Shown piece by piece: positions 10,461-19,804 of a DNA stretch of 64,000 nucleotides. Numbering within the stretch: position 1 is the stretch's first letter; each line of letters begins with the position of its first letter. Below the pieces are notes generated by a model. It saw only the letters and a program-made list of their open reading frames with translations, had not been told where the DNA came from and searched no databases. The DNA is taken from contig OZ245365.1 in the NCBI GenBank assembly GCA_965226495.1, forward strand, positions 4,384,001-4,448,000. The letters are read 5' to 3'. This stretch comes from Candidatus Marinacidobacterales bacterium. Lineage in GTDB: Bacteria > Acidobacteriota > Vicinamibacteria > Marinacidobacterales > DATDRI01. Made by a program: the position numbers and the translations under genes.

Positions 10461-10505
10461 AACAAAGGCGGCTCGGCGTTTCCGAGTGTCAGCTGGAGAA
10501 AAGCA

Positions 10506-12239
10506 ATGAAACCGTACTTCGAAAAAATGGACGAGTTTGGAAAGGAGCTGAAGCCCGCCCGCGCCAAACGGGCCGCGATCAGCGCCGAGGAGCTCCGCAA
10601 GGTAGAAGCCAACATCGACGTCGCGAAAAAGAAGGTCGAAGAGGCCGGCTTCCCGACCGAGAAGATCAACAAACGGGGAGTGATGACGGTTTGGCAGAGG
10701 CTGGACTATCTCATCGATCCCGGCACCTGGCACCCACTCCACTCGCTCTATAACCCCCTGGACAACGAAGAAGGTACGACCAACGTCGTCGACGGCCTGG
10801 GCAAGATCTCGGGCCGGTGGGCGGTGGTGATCGGTTTCGACAACAAGGTGATGGCCGGGGCCTGGCTCCCGGGCCAGTCGGAAAACATCCTGCGTGTCAC
10901 CGATCTTGCCCAGCGTTTCAACATCCCCCTGGTCTGGCTGGTGAATTGCAGCGGCGCGAAGCTACCGGAACAGGAAAAGTTCTATGCGAACCGCCGCGGT
11001 GCCGGAACGCCTTTCTTCCGACACGCCGAGCTCGAACAGGCCGGCATCCCCGTTCTCGCTGGTATCTATGGCACCAACCCGGCTGGAGGTGGATACCAAG
11101 GCATCAGCCCGACGATTCTCCTCGCTCATAAGGACGCCAACATTGCGGTCGGCGGAGTGGGTATCGTTTCCGGCATGGCCCCCAAAGGGGGTTTCGATGC
11201 CGAGATGCTCGAGGAGCTCATTGCCATCACCCGTGAATTCCGAGCCCGTCCGCCGGGCGACGTCGAGACCCACTTTGGCCATACCGGTTTCTTCACCGAG
11301 GTCCACGACGAGGAAACCGGCGTCCTCGATGGCCTCAAGAGGTATATGGAAGGCATGCCCGCGTACGGACCGGATTTCTTCAAAGCGGCGGAACCTGTCG
11401 AACCGAAGTTCCCGGTCGAGGACATCTACAACTTGCTTCCCATCAACCAGAAGGAAGTCTACGATTTCGATCAGATCTTGGCGCGTCTCGTCGATGGCAG
11501 CCAGAATATGGAGTTTCGCCCCGACTCCGGCCCCGAGATCTATACCGGCCTGTGCAAGATCGATGGCAAGCTTGTCGGCTGCATCGGCAACCGGCAGGGT
11601 TATCTTGGCAAGGACTACCCCGAATACGCCGACTATCCGGGCATGGGCGGCAAGCTATACCGTCAGGGCTTGATCAAACTGAACGAGTTCGTCATTCACT
11701 GCGGGAGAGACCGGATCCCTATCATCTGGTTTCAGGACACTTCCGGCATCGATGTCGGAGAGCTGGCGGAAAAGGCCGAGCTCCTCGGCTTGGGACAGGC
11801 GCTCATCTACTCGATACAACAGACCGACGTCCCGATGATGCTCGTCGTGTTGCGAAAAGGCACCGCGGCGGCGCACTACGTCATGGGTGGCCCCACCGCC
11901 AACCGCCACAACGCATTCACCTTGGGTACGGCGGCGTCCGAGATTCAGGTCATGCACGGCGAGACGGCAGCCGTGGCGACCTACGCGCGACGAGCGGTCA
12001 AGGAAAAAGACGCTGGTCGACCACTCGATTCTGTGGCGGAGAAGATGAACGAGCTCGTGCAAAAATACCGAGATACCTCACAGCCGGAGTACAGCGCCCG
12101 CTACGGCATGGTTGACGAAGTCGTCAAGCTCACGGATCTACGGAAGTACATGCAAGCCTTCACCGGCGCGGCGTATCAGAATCCGAAGTCGATCTGCCCC
12201 CGTCACCAGATGATTCTGCCTCGAATCATCAAGGGTTGA
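10506..12239 (+). CDS. gcdA: Glutaconyl-CoA decarboxylase carboxyltransferase (alpha) subunit
   Basis: DNKVMAGAW.PGQ, YANRRGAGTPFFR, GTNPAGGGY, GGKLYRQGL.K, RKGTAAAHY and YQNPKSICP.HQM.LPR. Confidence 0.92.
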   Translation: MKPYFEKMDEFGKELKPARAKRAAISAEELRKVEANIDVAKKKVEEAGFPTEKINKRGVMTVWQRLDYLIDPGTWHPLHSLYNPLDNEEGTTNVVDGLGKISGRWAVVIGFDNKVMAGAWLPGQSENILRVTDLAQRFNIPLVWLVNCSGAKLPEQEKFYANRRGAGTPFFRHAELEQAGIPVLAGIYGTNPAGGGYQGISPTILLAHKDANIAVGGVGIVSGMAPKGGFDAEMLEELIAITREFRARPPGDVETHFGHTGFFTEVHDEETGVLDGLKRYMEGMPAYGPDFFKAAEPVEPKFPVEDIYNLLPINQKEVYDFDQILARLVDGSQNMEFRPDSGPEIYTGLCKIDGKLVGCIGNRQGYLGKDYPEYADYPGMGGKLYRQGLIKLNEFVIHCGRDRIPIIWFQDTSGIDVGELAEKAELLGLGQALIYSIQQTDVPMMLVVLRKGTAAAHYVMGGPTANRHNAFTLGTAASEIQVMHGETAAVATYARRAVKEKDAGRPLDSVAEKMNELVQKYRDTSQPEYSARYGMVDEVVKLTDLRKYMQAFTGAAYQNPKSICPRHQMILPRIIKG

Positions 12240-12371
12240 GCAGATTCCATCGCAGACTCGGGGTAGCGACATGAACAAGGGATCGCTCGATGACTTCTCT
12301 TTCTAACCAAAATTTGACAATAGCGCTCCGGATCTGAAACTAATCGGATACCTAACTACGGGAGGCAATCT

Positions 12372-13655
12372 ATGCCACCATCGGTCTTCCCCACAGGGGT
12401 CACCATCTACCGGCCTGATAAGGCCTACAATTGCTTCGTCTTGCACGAAGGGCGAGACGCGAAGTCGTATCTCATCGACATGAACGGGAACGATGTCAAA
12501 GTCTTCGATTATCCTGGCTTCCCGGCGGAAATGATAGAGCCCCGACTCGCCAAGGGTGCGCGTGGCCACGTACTTCTTCAAAAGGAGCCCGAAAGGAGCA
12601 GAAACAAAACGTTGTTGGAGGTGGATTGGGACAGCAACATCGTATGGGAGTGGGGGGAGAAGGCGCCAGGGGGGATGGCTCTCCAGAACCACGACCTGGC
12701 CCGGCTGCCCAATGGCAACACGCTCGTTCTCTCCTACAGTACCCTGGGCGGTCCAGAGGCCGAGCTCGGCCAGGCACGAATCCGTGGACAGGCCATCTAC
12801 GAAGTCAACCCGGACGGAGACGTTGTGTGGCAGTGGCTCCCGTCTGAGCACCCGGATTGGGCCGTGCTTTCTGAAGAGGCGAGGGGGCTGGTCGAGAGCG
12901 GTCAGGTAAGGGCGCAGTCTTTATTCTTGGGCTTCAATACGATATCTCCTCTTGGTCAGAACAAATGGCATCAGTCAGGCGATGAACGGTTTCATCCCGA
13001 CAATATCTTCGTGTGCTCTCCGGGGTGGAATTTCATTGGGATCATCGAGAAAAAAACGGGAGACTTCGTTTGGAGCATGGGTCCCGATTACCCGGGCGCC
13101 CACGATTATTCCCACAAGAGCTTCAGTGGAAAGCTGCCCCGGCCGGTGGACCAACTTTCCTTCCAGCATGACACGCACTTGATAACAGAAGGACTACCGG
13201 GGGCGGGAAACGTCCTCCTCTTCGATAACGAAGGCCCTGGCGGAATCCCGCCGTTCTATCTAGAGCTCTTTCAAGGCTCGAGGGTGCTGGAGATCGACCC
13301 GATCACGAAGGATATCCTGTGGCAGTACGACGCGTCGTCCTCCCAACAACCCTACTGGAACTTCTTCAGCCCCATCATCAGCAGCGCCAGGAGACTACCT
13401 AACGGAAACACTCTGATCGACGAGGGCATTCACGGGAGAGTCTTTCAAGTCACTCCCGACGGCGAGATTGTCTGGGAATACGTCAACCCTCACTTCGGGA
13501 GACACACCGGTATCAGCCATCAAGAGGAAACGCAGATGATGGTCAACTGGATCTTTCGGGCCCAGCCCGTGCCTTATGACTGGGTGCCGGAAGGGACGCC
13601 GCACTCGGAAGATCCGGTGATACCTCCAAGAGTGTCGGACTTCCATATCAAGTAA
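12372..13655 (+). CDS. Arylsulfate sulfotransferase (ASST) family beta-propeller
   Basis: PTGVTIY.P.KAYN, QNHDL.RLPNGNTL, FQHD.H, LLFDN and S.ARRLPNGNTLI; no signal peptide. Confidence 0.85.
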   Translation: MPPSVFPTGVTIYRPDKAYNCFVLHEGRDAKSYLIDMNGNDVKVFDYPGFPAEMIEPRLAKGARGHVLLQKEPERSRNKTLLEVDWDSNIVWEWGEKAPGGMALQNHDLARLPNGNTLVLSYSTLGGPEAELGQARIRGQAIYEVNPDGDVVWQWLPSEHPDWAVLSEEARGLVESGQVRAQSLFLGFNTISPLGQNKWHQSGDERFHPDNIFVCSPGWNFIGIIEKKTGDFVWSMGPDYPGAHDYSHKSFSGKLPRPVDQLSFQHDTHLITEGLPGAGNVLLFDNEGPGGIPPFYLELFQGSRVLEIDPITKDILWQYDASSSQQPYWNFFSPIISSARRLPNGNTLIDEGIHGRVFQVTPDGEIVWEYVNPHFGRHTGISHQEETQMMVNWIFRAQPVPYDWVPEGTPHSEDPVIPPRVSDFHIK

Positions 13656-13669
13656 CGAGAGGCGACCCA

Positions 13670-14611
13670 ATGGACCGAAGGACGTTCTTGAAAGAAGTGG
13701 CCGTCTTCTCCACCGCCCTGTCGGCGCCGACATTTCTCGTTCGCAGCGCGGAGGCTCTTGGTGGGTCCAGGACCTTGGTGGCTGTCGAGCTCGTAGGAGG
13801 CTCGGACGGTTTGAATACAGTCGTCCCCTACACCAGCCCCGACTATTACGCCGCCCGACCCAAGTTGGCCATCCCAGCTAGGAAAGTGCTCAAATTGACC
13901 GACGCGTTCGGCTTCCACCCGGCCCTTGCTCCCCTACGGGAGCTCTACGACCGGGGCCACGTGGCGATCGTCCATGGAGTCGGATACCCCAACCCAAGCC
14001 GCTGTCACGTGAGAGCGAGATCGATTTGGCATACCGGATATCTCGATGGCAGCAATGGGAACAGTGACTGGTTCCAGGACTTTCCGAATGCGGCGGTTCG
14101 CACGAACCAAACGCTAAGAGCCGCGCTGAGTCACGTGGTTGACGCCCTGCGTGCCGACTCGCCAGCAAAGATCTTCCACGTGAGGCTGGAGGGGTTCGAT
14201 ACCCACACCAATCAAGTCGAGACCGACAATCATGAGCGGGGACTCCACGCCGATCTTCTCGCCCGATTGGCCTCGGGAATCAGAGCCTTTTGGGACGACG
14301 TCCGGGCGCTCGGGCAGGAGAACGAGGTGCTAGTCATGACATTCAGCGAGTTTGGTCGTCGGGTTCGCGAAAACGCCACCGCCGGAAGCGATCATGGAAC
14401 CACCAACCAAATGTTCCTCATCGGAGGCTCGGTGAAGCCCGGCTTTCATGGGAAGCATCCCGGGCTGGCGAAAGGTGAGACCGATCTGGTGGGCGATATG
14501 GTTCACACCGTGGATTTTCGAAGCGTCTACTCCACGGTGGCTGCTCGGTGGCTCGGTGTGGACCCGGTGGCGATTCTGGGTCAGCGTTTCCAACTCATCG
14601 ACTTCGTGTGA
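13670..14611 (+). CDS. DUF1501 family Tat-exported protein (short variant)
   Basis: DRRTFLK Tat motif, GGSDGLNTVVPY, VGYPNP, GFDTH, FSEFGRR, DHG and DFRSVY. Confidence 0.85.
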   Translation: MDRRTFLKEVAVFSTALSAPTFLVRSAEALGGSRTLVAVELVGGSDGLNTVVPYTSPDYYAARPKLAIPARKVLKLTDAFGFHPALAPLRELYDRGHVAIVHGVGYPNPSRCHVRARSIWHTGYLDGSNGNSDWFQDFPNAAVRTNQTLRAALSHVVDALRADSPAKIFHVRLEGFDTHTNQVETDNHERGLHADLLARLASGIRAFWDDVRALGQENEVLVMTFSEFGRRVRENATAGSDHGTTNQMFLIGGSVKPGFHGKHPGLAKGETDLVGDMVHTVDFRSVYSTVAARWLGVDPVAILGQRFQLIDFV

Positions 14612-14784
14612 GGTGGACCCGATTGTCAGATCGGCGGTCGGCCACACAATGAGGCACAGCGGCCCTCCCTTTCCGGGCCTGTCACGAAAAGTAACACTCA
14701 GCCAAAGCGCAGGCCCGCGGGGAAGCTCCGAGATGGAGAGTTAACTCATTATGTTTCAAGTGTTTGCATACAAACCGTGCACAC

Positions 14785-14800
14785 TGGCTCGATACTTGCT
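14785..14800 (+). promoter_or_regulatory. Sigma54 (-24/-12) promoter upstream of the pilY1-like gene
   Basis: TGGCTCGATACTTGCT has exact GG-N10-GC spacing. An AT-rich IHF-like site (TTTCAAGTGTTTG, 14754-14766) lies just upstream. Confidence 0.65.
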
Positions 14801-14819
14801 GTTTCTGGTCCTCGCAAGT

Positions 14820-14839
14820 AGGAGGAGTGTGCCATGTAA
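14820..14839 (+). promoter_or_regulatory. Strong RBS followed by a start-stop minimal ORF (ATG TAA)
   Basis: AGGAGGA (14820-14826), 7 nt spacer, then ATG (14834) TAA (14837-14839). Confidence 0.45.
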
Positions 14840-15098
14840 TTCGGAACCGAGCCCCCGGTGATGCAGGTCGAGAGGGCGTGGCTGAGGCCGTTGTTTTTCC
14901 GGAGACCGCCGTTCATTTGTTTTCTTCAAGGTCGCCCGTTCTAGCTGAGACGCTCAAAAAGCACTCATTCAACCTCGCTTCGCGACCCACCTAGGCTCCA
15001 CAACTCCAGAACAGATCGTCGGTGATTCGTCTGCCCCACGGGCGACATCCTCGCCGAGTTTGTTGTTCTAAAACTGGGGATCAAGAAGAGAGGAAGTC

Positions 15099-18000
15099 AT
15101 GTGGAAGACCGTACTGAAGAGAACTGTTCTGACACTCGTAGCCTGCGGATTCGCGCTAACTTGGTCACAAAGTGGGCGCGCGGCGAGTTGCCTCGTCTTG
15201 CGCGGTGACGACCCGCTGGAAATCTTGGCGACGGACGTCAGGCACAACGTTTGGATCGGCATCGACAACTCGGGCTCGATGAGCCGCAGCGTTCCTGGCG
15301 ACCCGCTCGGAAGGGACCGTTTGGATGTGGCCAAGGATGCGCTGGAACTGGTGATCGGTGGCGTCGGCGATGCGGTCAACTGGGGGTTCTTTTATACAGC
15401 ACGGCAACCGGATGGCCCCCCCGGGCCGGGGGATGAAGGCTGCGCGGTTCCGCAAGTACTGAACCCCGACGGTTCACTCCAGACGGCCCAGGGTAACGCA
15501 TACGTCTCTGGGCTCGCCATCGGGGCTTCCCAGCCCCAGTGTGTGGGTCTCGAGTTGAGCGACGCGACCATTCCCGTCGCCTGCGGAGACAACGACAACA
15601 GAGAACAAATCCTGCTAAAGCTCCGACCGGATAGCGAAGGGGGTATTGGCCACAACGCCGGCACCGCGAACGCCCCTTCACTCGATCAAATCGCCAACCT
15701 CATCGCCAACGGTTTCATGGGCCCCTCCCGACCGGCCGGACAAAAGAACATCATCATCTATATTTCCGACGGTGCGGAAGACTGCGCTTGCGAAAGTGAT
15801 CCCGTGGGCGACACTTCAACGTTGCCCGACTTCATCGAGCTGCCAAGCACACATGTGGGCTTCGATGCAGCGCCGCCCCAGGGCACCGCGGTGTTGAGAG
15901 TGGATGGCACACCGGGAAGCCCCGTGTTCGAGGACTTCGCTGCCTTCGGCAGCAACTCCGGATTCCGGGCCGCTTTTAACTCGGGGGTCATGGGCCGGCA
16001 TGCGCTCTCCCGCATCGATCCCACTTTCGACGGCAGCCAAGGGGATATCTTCATCGGATACGTCTTCGATCCGAGCACGCGGTCTCGTAAAGCGGCCAAC
16101 CACTGGAGTTGGCAGTCTTCCGGCTTCGAATGGTCGGGTCGCCCGGAGTGTCCTGTGGAAGGAGGGTTCGGATGCTCTCGACCCGCCTTCATTTCCGACG
16201 ACGCCGACCAGCTGGCCAGCCAGCTGATCAATGTTCTGGCTCAAGTGGGCGTTCCGGAAGCCACGCTCAGCCTGTCCGCCTCGGTAGTCGGCTCGGTGAA
16301 GGAAACTGTTACAACAAGTAATCCGGCCTTGATCGCGGCCGACCTGCTCGCCAGCGGGATTGGCGACACCACGGCCCGAGGGCAAAGAGCATCTCACCGC
16401 AACAATGTTCTCTTTACGACGCAATTCACGACCCCTGACTTCAACGGGAGCCTCAAGGCCTTCAACACTTTCGAAGTTCTGGCAGACCAAACTCGTATTG
16501 CCGACTTCACCGAGCTCTGGGATGCGGGCGAGTTGCTTAGAGACCGCGATCTCTCTGCCGATCCACGGAGGATCTATTTCAACCGTTCGAACGGAACCGG
16601 CGGCCAGTTGAGCTCCGCGTTGGGTTCGACGACTCTCACGCCGGTCGACTTGGGTGTGGGGATAGGATTTCTGAGTGGTCTCGATCCAACAGCGGTCGGA
16701 GCCAAGACCGCTGCGGATGCGGTCGAGATTGTCGAAAAGGTCATCCAAGGCTGGCGGCTGGTGATCGACCCAGCGGATGGATTCTACAAGAGCGATGGTG
16801 TCACGCTGAACTTCTCGGAGTTCGAGGAGGACGGCACGACTCCCGTGTGGAAACTTCGTGAATCGACGCTGTCGTCCCCTGCCGTTGTTCTCGCGCCGCC
16901 ACGATCCCCCGATACAGATGTGCTGGAGCCGGCCGCGGAATACAGCACGTTCTTCGGCACACACATCAACCGGTTGACCACGGTCTACTTAGGGACCAAC
17001 GGTGGAATGCTTAACGCCTTTCGTGCCGATAACGGCTACGAGCTCTACGGTTACATTCCTCATGACTTGATCCCCAAACTGCCGGCCCTCGTGACAAATC
17101 TCGTGGCCGGTGCCAATGGTATCGCGAACCATCAGTTCCACGTTGCGTCCTCGATCACCGTCCAGGATGTCTTTCTCCAAGATGCACCGAGCGGCAACCC
17201 CGAGTGGCGCACCGTGGTGTCCTTCGGACGAGGTCCTGGGGGCAAGTTCTTCACCGCCTTGGACGTTACGGACGTTGGTGACTGGAATGGAACCTCGACG
17301 AACAGTACCCCCGCGGGCTTTCAGCCCCCAACCCGCCTCTTCACCGTCGGCAACACGGATGGAGTCGTCGATGTGGACGTCAACGGAGAAGACTACGATG
17401 GCTTGGGCGAGACCTGGTCGGTTGCGGTAATGGGAAGAGTGCAGAACGGCACCCCCGAAGGTCAATGGGTGCTCTTCGCTGCCTCGGGCTATGGCTGTGA
17501 GGGAACTGAAGAGGGAAGATATCTCTACGTACTCGCGCTCGAGGACGGAGTCATATACCAGAAGCTAGGCCCGATTCCGGACGTGGTAGATGGTGCCGCG
17601 GGCGATGTCGGGGTCGATCAAAACGCCATGGTTGCGACGCCCGCTCTCTACAACCCGCACGAGCCGGGTGTGAACGACGGGAGGGATTTCGTTACTCGAG
17701 TCTATATCGGGGACCTACAAGGGTTGGTGCACAAGCTGGATTGCACCGACGCCGATCCGGCGAACTGGGAGTTCGGCGTCTTCTTCGAGGTGACCAGCGA
17801 AGCCGATCTTTCTGCCGGGCAAGGACTGCACAACCAACCTATCTCCGCTCAAGCCGCGATTATGACGCTTCCCACGACCAGCCGAATTCTGATTTTCTTA
17901 GGGACGGGAGGGGATCGGCGAGTCAGGCTCGTAGAGCCAGACCGGTTCAAGATTGTTGGTATCGAGGACACGGACAACGTAGGGACAGTCCCTGTCGCCG

Positions 18001-18458
18001 ACGCGGGCTTTCCGGGTAACCTAGTCGTTACCGATGGCGGCGATCCCTTTTTCTTCGATCTAGAGGAGGGCCATCGCGTCCTGGTAGCGCCGGTGGCGGC
18101 CAGGGGCACCGGCCTCAATACCAATGGAGTGGTCTTCTTCGCCTCGACCACCAGGGACCTCGAGCCCATCCTTTGCATCCAGGAGTTCTCTAGCAGTCTC
18201 ACGGCAGCAGGCGTCACCGGTGGGCTCGGCACCTTCGATTTAAGTTCGGCGGCCGGGATCCAGGGCACGGTCGACTTGGGCGCAGGGAAAACGACCGGGC
18301 TATTCCACCGCGACGAGCACCTGTACGTCAGCAAGAGCGGCGGGCTCGGCCTTTCTGGAGAGACGACAGTGTTGGGGAGCGACGCGTTTCCAACTCCACC
18401 GGCCTTCTCCGGGAACCTGCAACTCTTCGTGGAGACGTTCCGCTACTCGCCTTTCTAG
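15099..18458 (+). CDS. PilC/PilY1-like pilus adhesin (vWA domain + beta-propeller)
   Basis: Signal peptide, MIDAS-like IDNSGSM and ISDG, and PilY1 motifs VYLGTNGGMLNAF...ELYGYIP, ALDVT, LGETWS, RVYIGDLQG and FLGTG. Confidence 0.85.
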   Translation: MWKTVLKRTVLTLVACGFALTWSQSGRAASCLVLRGDDPLEILATDVRHNVWIGIDNSGSMSRSVPGDPLGRDRLDVAKDALELVIGGVGDAVNWGFFYTARQPDGPPGPGDEGCAVPQVLNPDGSLQTAQGNAYVSGLAIGASQPQCVGLELSDATIPVACGDNDNREQILLKLRPDSEGGIGHNAGTANAPSLDQIANLIANGFMGPSRPAGQKNIIIYISDGAEDCACESDPVGDTSTLPDFIELPSTHVGFDAAPPQGTAVLRVDGTPGSPVFEDFAAFGSNSGFRAAFNSGVMGRHALSRIDPTFDGSQGDIFIGYVFDPSTRSRKAANHWSWQSSGFEWSGRPECPVEGGFGCSRPAFISDDADQLASQLINVLAQVGVPEATLSLSASVVGSVKETVTTSNPALIAADLLASGIGDTTARGQRASHRNNVLFTTQFTTPDFNGSLKAFNTFEVLADQTRIADFTELWDAGELLRDRDLSADPRRIYFNRSNGTGGQLSSALGSTTLTPVDLGVGIGFLSGLDPTAVGAKTAADAVEIVEKVIQGWRLVIDPADGFYKSDGVTLNFSEFEEDGTTPVWKLRESTLSSPAVVLAPPRSPDTDVLEPAAEYSTFFGTHINRLTTVYLGTNGGMLNAFRADNGYELYGYIPHDLIPKLPALVTNLVAGANGIANHQFHVASSITVQDVFLQDAPSGNPEWRTVVSFGRGPGGKFFTALDVTDVGDWNGTSTNSTPAGFQPPTRLFTVGNTDGVVDVDVNGEDYDGLGETWSVAVMGRVQNGTPEGQWVLFAASGYGCEGTEEGRYLYVLALEDGVIYQKLGPIPDVVDGAAGDVGVDQNAMVATPALYNPHEPGVNDGRDFVTRVYIGDLQGLVHKLDCTDADPANWEFGVFFEVTSEADLSAGQGLHNQPISAQAAIMTLPTTSRILIFLGTGGDRRVRLVEPDRFKIVGIEDTDNVGTVPVADAGFPGNLVVTDGGDPFFFDLEEGHRVLVAPVAARGTGLNTNGVVFFASTTRDLEPILCIQEFSSSLTAAGVTGGLGTFDLSSAAGIQGTVDLGAGKTTGLFHRDEHLYVSKSGGLGLSGETTVLGSDAFPTPPAFSGNLQLFVETFRYSPF

Positions 18459-18470
18459 GTCTTGGAAACA

Positions 18471-18502
18471 GTGCGGCCGGGGATTTTTGTCCCCGGCCGC
18501 AC
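18471..18502 (+). terminator. Stem-loop after pilY1
   Basis: GTGCGGCCGGGGA-tttttg-TCCCCGGCCGCAC, a perfect 13-bp stem; the U tail is weak. Confidence 0.6.
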
Positions 18503-18590
18503 TCTTCCATTCAGTGGCGGGTTTACGCTTCAGGCATGTCGTGTTAATTTGACACCCGCCGAGCGCCCAACGCTTCGGCTTTCAAACACA

Positions 18591-18800
18591 TTAAAGGTCA
18601 AGATCAGCAGCACCGTGGACGAATCCAGTGGAGACATGGCTCACGGAGCCGGAACCTACGAGATCCTAGGCGCCGACGGCTCTCACATCGACCACGGGAA
18701 GTGGATGAACGTTTCCAAGAAGGTCGGCGGGAAGTGGTTGATCGACTGCGACATTTGGAACTCGGACATGCCAGTTCCAACCGGCGGCGGCACCGAGTAA
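18591..18800 (+). pseudogene. C-terminal remnant of a DUF4440/SnoaL (NTF2-like) protein
   Basis: SGDMAHGAGTYE...DHGKWMNV.KK.GGKWLI.CDIWNSD is the typical C-half. The upstream part of ORF 18462 runs through the terminator and shows no family signal. Confidence 0.65.
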
Positions 18801-18812
18801 TTTTGATTTCCG

Positions 18813-18847
18813 GCGCACCCGCGCGACCGGACGGTCCGCGGGTGCGT
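18813..18847. terminator. Hairpin between convergent genes
   Basis: CGCACCCGCG...CGCGGGTGCG stem with an inner GACC/GGTC stem. Confidence 0.5.
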
Positions 18848-18878
18848 CAATCTCTTCTGTACCAGTTTCCGGGGAAGC

Positions 18879-19112
18879 TCAATTCATCGAGCAGGAGCCC
18901 GGACCGCGGGGGTCACCGCAAGGCCCACAGGGCCCGGGAGACTCACTAGCAGCCGCGGCCCCGTTTCCAGTATTCACTGCGAAGACCGAGAGCTGCTTTT
19001 CTAGCTTCTCGCTCTCACAGGAAGGACACTGGGGCGCGTCCGCGCTCGAGCTCAACACAAGCGTCTCGAACCGCTTGTCGCATTCCAGGCAGGCATATTC
19101 GAATATCGGCAT
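18879..19112 (-). CDS. FmdB-family zinc-ribbon protein
   Basis: MPIFEYACLEC...FE.L...CPSC.S..LEK.LS.F with a Cys-rich tail. Confidence 0.9.
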   Translation of the reverse strand: MPIFEYACLECDKRFETLVLSSSADAPQCPSCESEKLEKQLSVFAVNTGNGAAAASESPGPCGPCGDPRGPGSCSMN

Positions 19113-19135
19113 AACAGAGATTATAGCGCGATTTG

Positions 19136-19450
19136 TTAACGAATCGGAGCGCCGCAGGCCTCGGCGACTCTCCGAACCCGCTCTCTCAGTGTGTCCATCG
19201 TCGTTCGCCCGGCCCCCGTTTGAATCTCGCCCTCTACATCGTCCAGTGCCTGGACCACGCCTTCCACCTCGGCCTTCACGAGCTCGCAGTCCGTTGCGTT
19301 GCGGATGATCTTGGCGGCGGTCTCGGCTTCCTTGACGGCGTCGATGTCGGAAATGGCCCCGCCGAGCTGCTCGCCTAGTCCTTTTTTGTCATCGCTGCAC
19401 GCGGTAGCGACGAATAGAAACCCGGCTAAGACCCAAATACCATGCTTCAT
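19136..19450 (-). CDS. Hypothetical lipoprotein
   Basis: The likely start is MKHGIWVLAGFLFVATA-C (lipobox) after an AAAGGA RBS; helical body with two further Cys. Confidence 0.7.
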   Translation of the reverse strand: MKHGIWVLAGFLFVATACSDDKKGLGEQLGGAISDIDAVKEAETAAKIIRNATDCELVKAEVEGVVQALDDVEGEIQTGAGRTTMDTLRERVRRVAEACGAPIR

Positions 19451-19804
19451 TTGTTTTCCTTTCGGGGTTGGCTTCCGCAAGAATAGCATCGCCGTGCCGG
19501 TATGCGCCACACCCGGCGCGGCTGACGGTTCCATCCCATTCAAAAGTAACCACTTACACGAAGTGAACCACACGTACCGAATCCCAGTTTCCCTCAGTTT
19601 GACGCAACCGCGGAACATGCCCGATAATGGTTACAACAGCTAACAAAGTTCTAACGGGCGGTTCCGAAGAACGCCTTTTCACCTTACGGGTCGGCCGTAC
19701 AGACGAGCCGATTCCGGTGGGGCACGCTTGTGAACGCGTTCGCCGTTCCTTTCGGCGGCCGGCGCCCTCACACCCGTGCGGCCGCGAAAACAGAGGGATG
19801 TCGG

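Noticed and set aside
12314-12341. TTGACA upstream of the ASST gene
   Set aside because: No convincing -10 at 16-18 nt; too weak to call.
14764-14994. 76-aa ORF in the pilY1 leader
   Set aside because: Its start overlaps the sigma54 promoter region, the internal GTG abuts the SD, and it has no protein-like features.
18462-18590. N-terminal part of ORF 18462-18800
   Set aside because: It runs through the pilY1 terminator, has no RBS and shows no family similarity; only the C-terminal remnant is kept.
19484-19502. Possible sigma54 promoter on the minus strand (CGGCACGGCGATGC)
   Set aside because: GG-to-GC spacing is 9 nt rather than the required 10.
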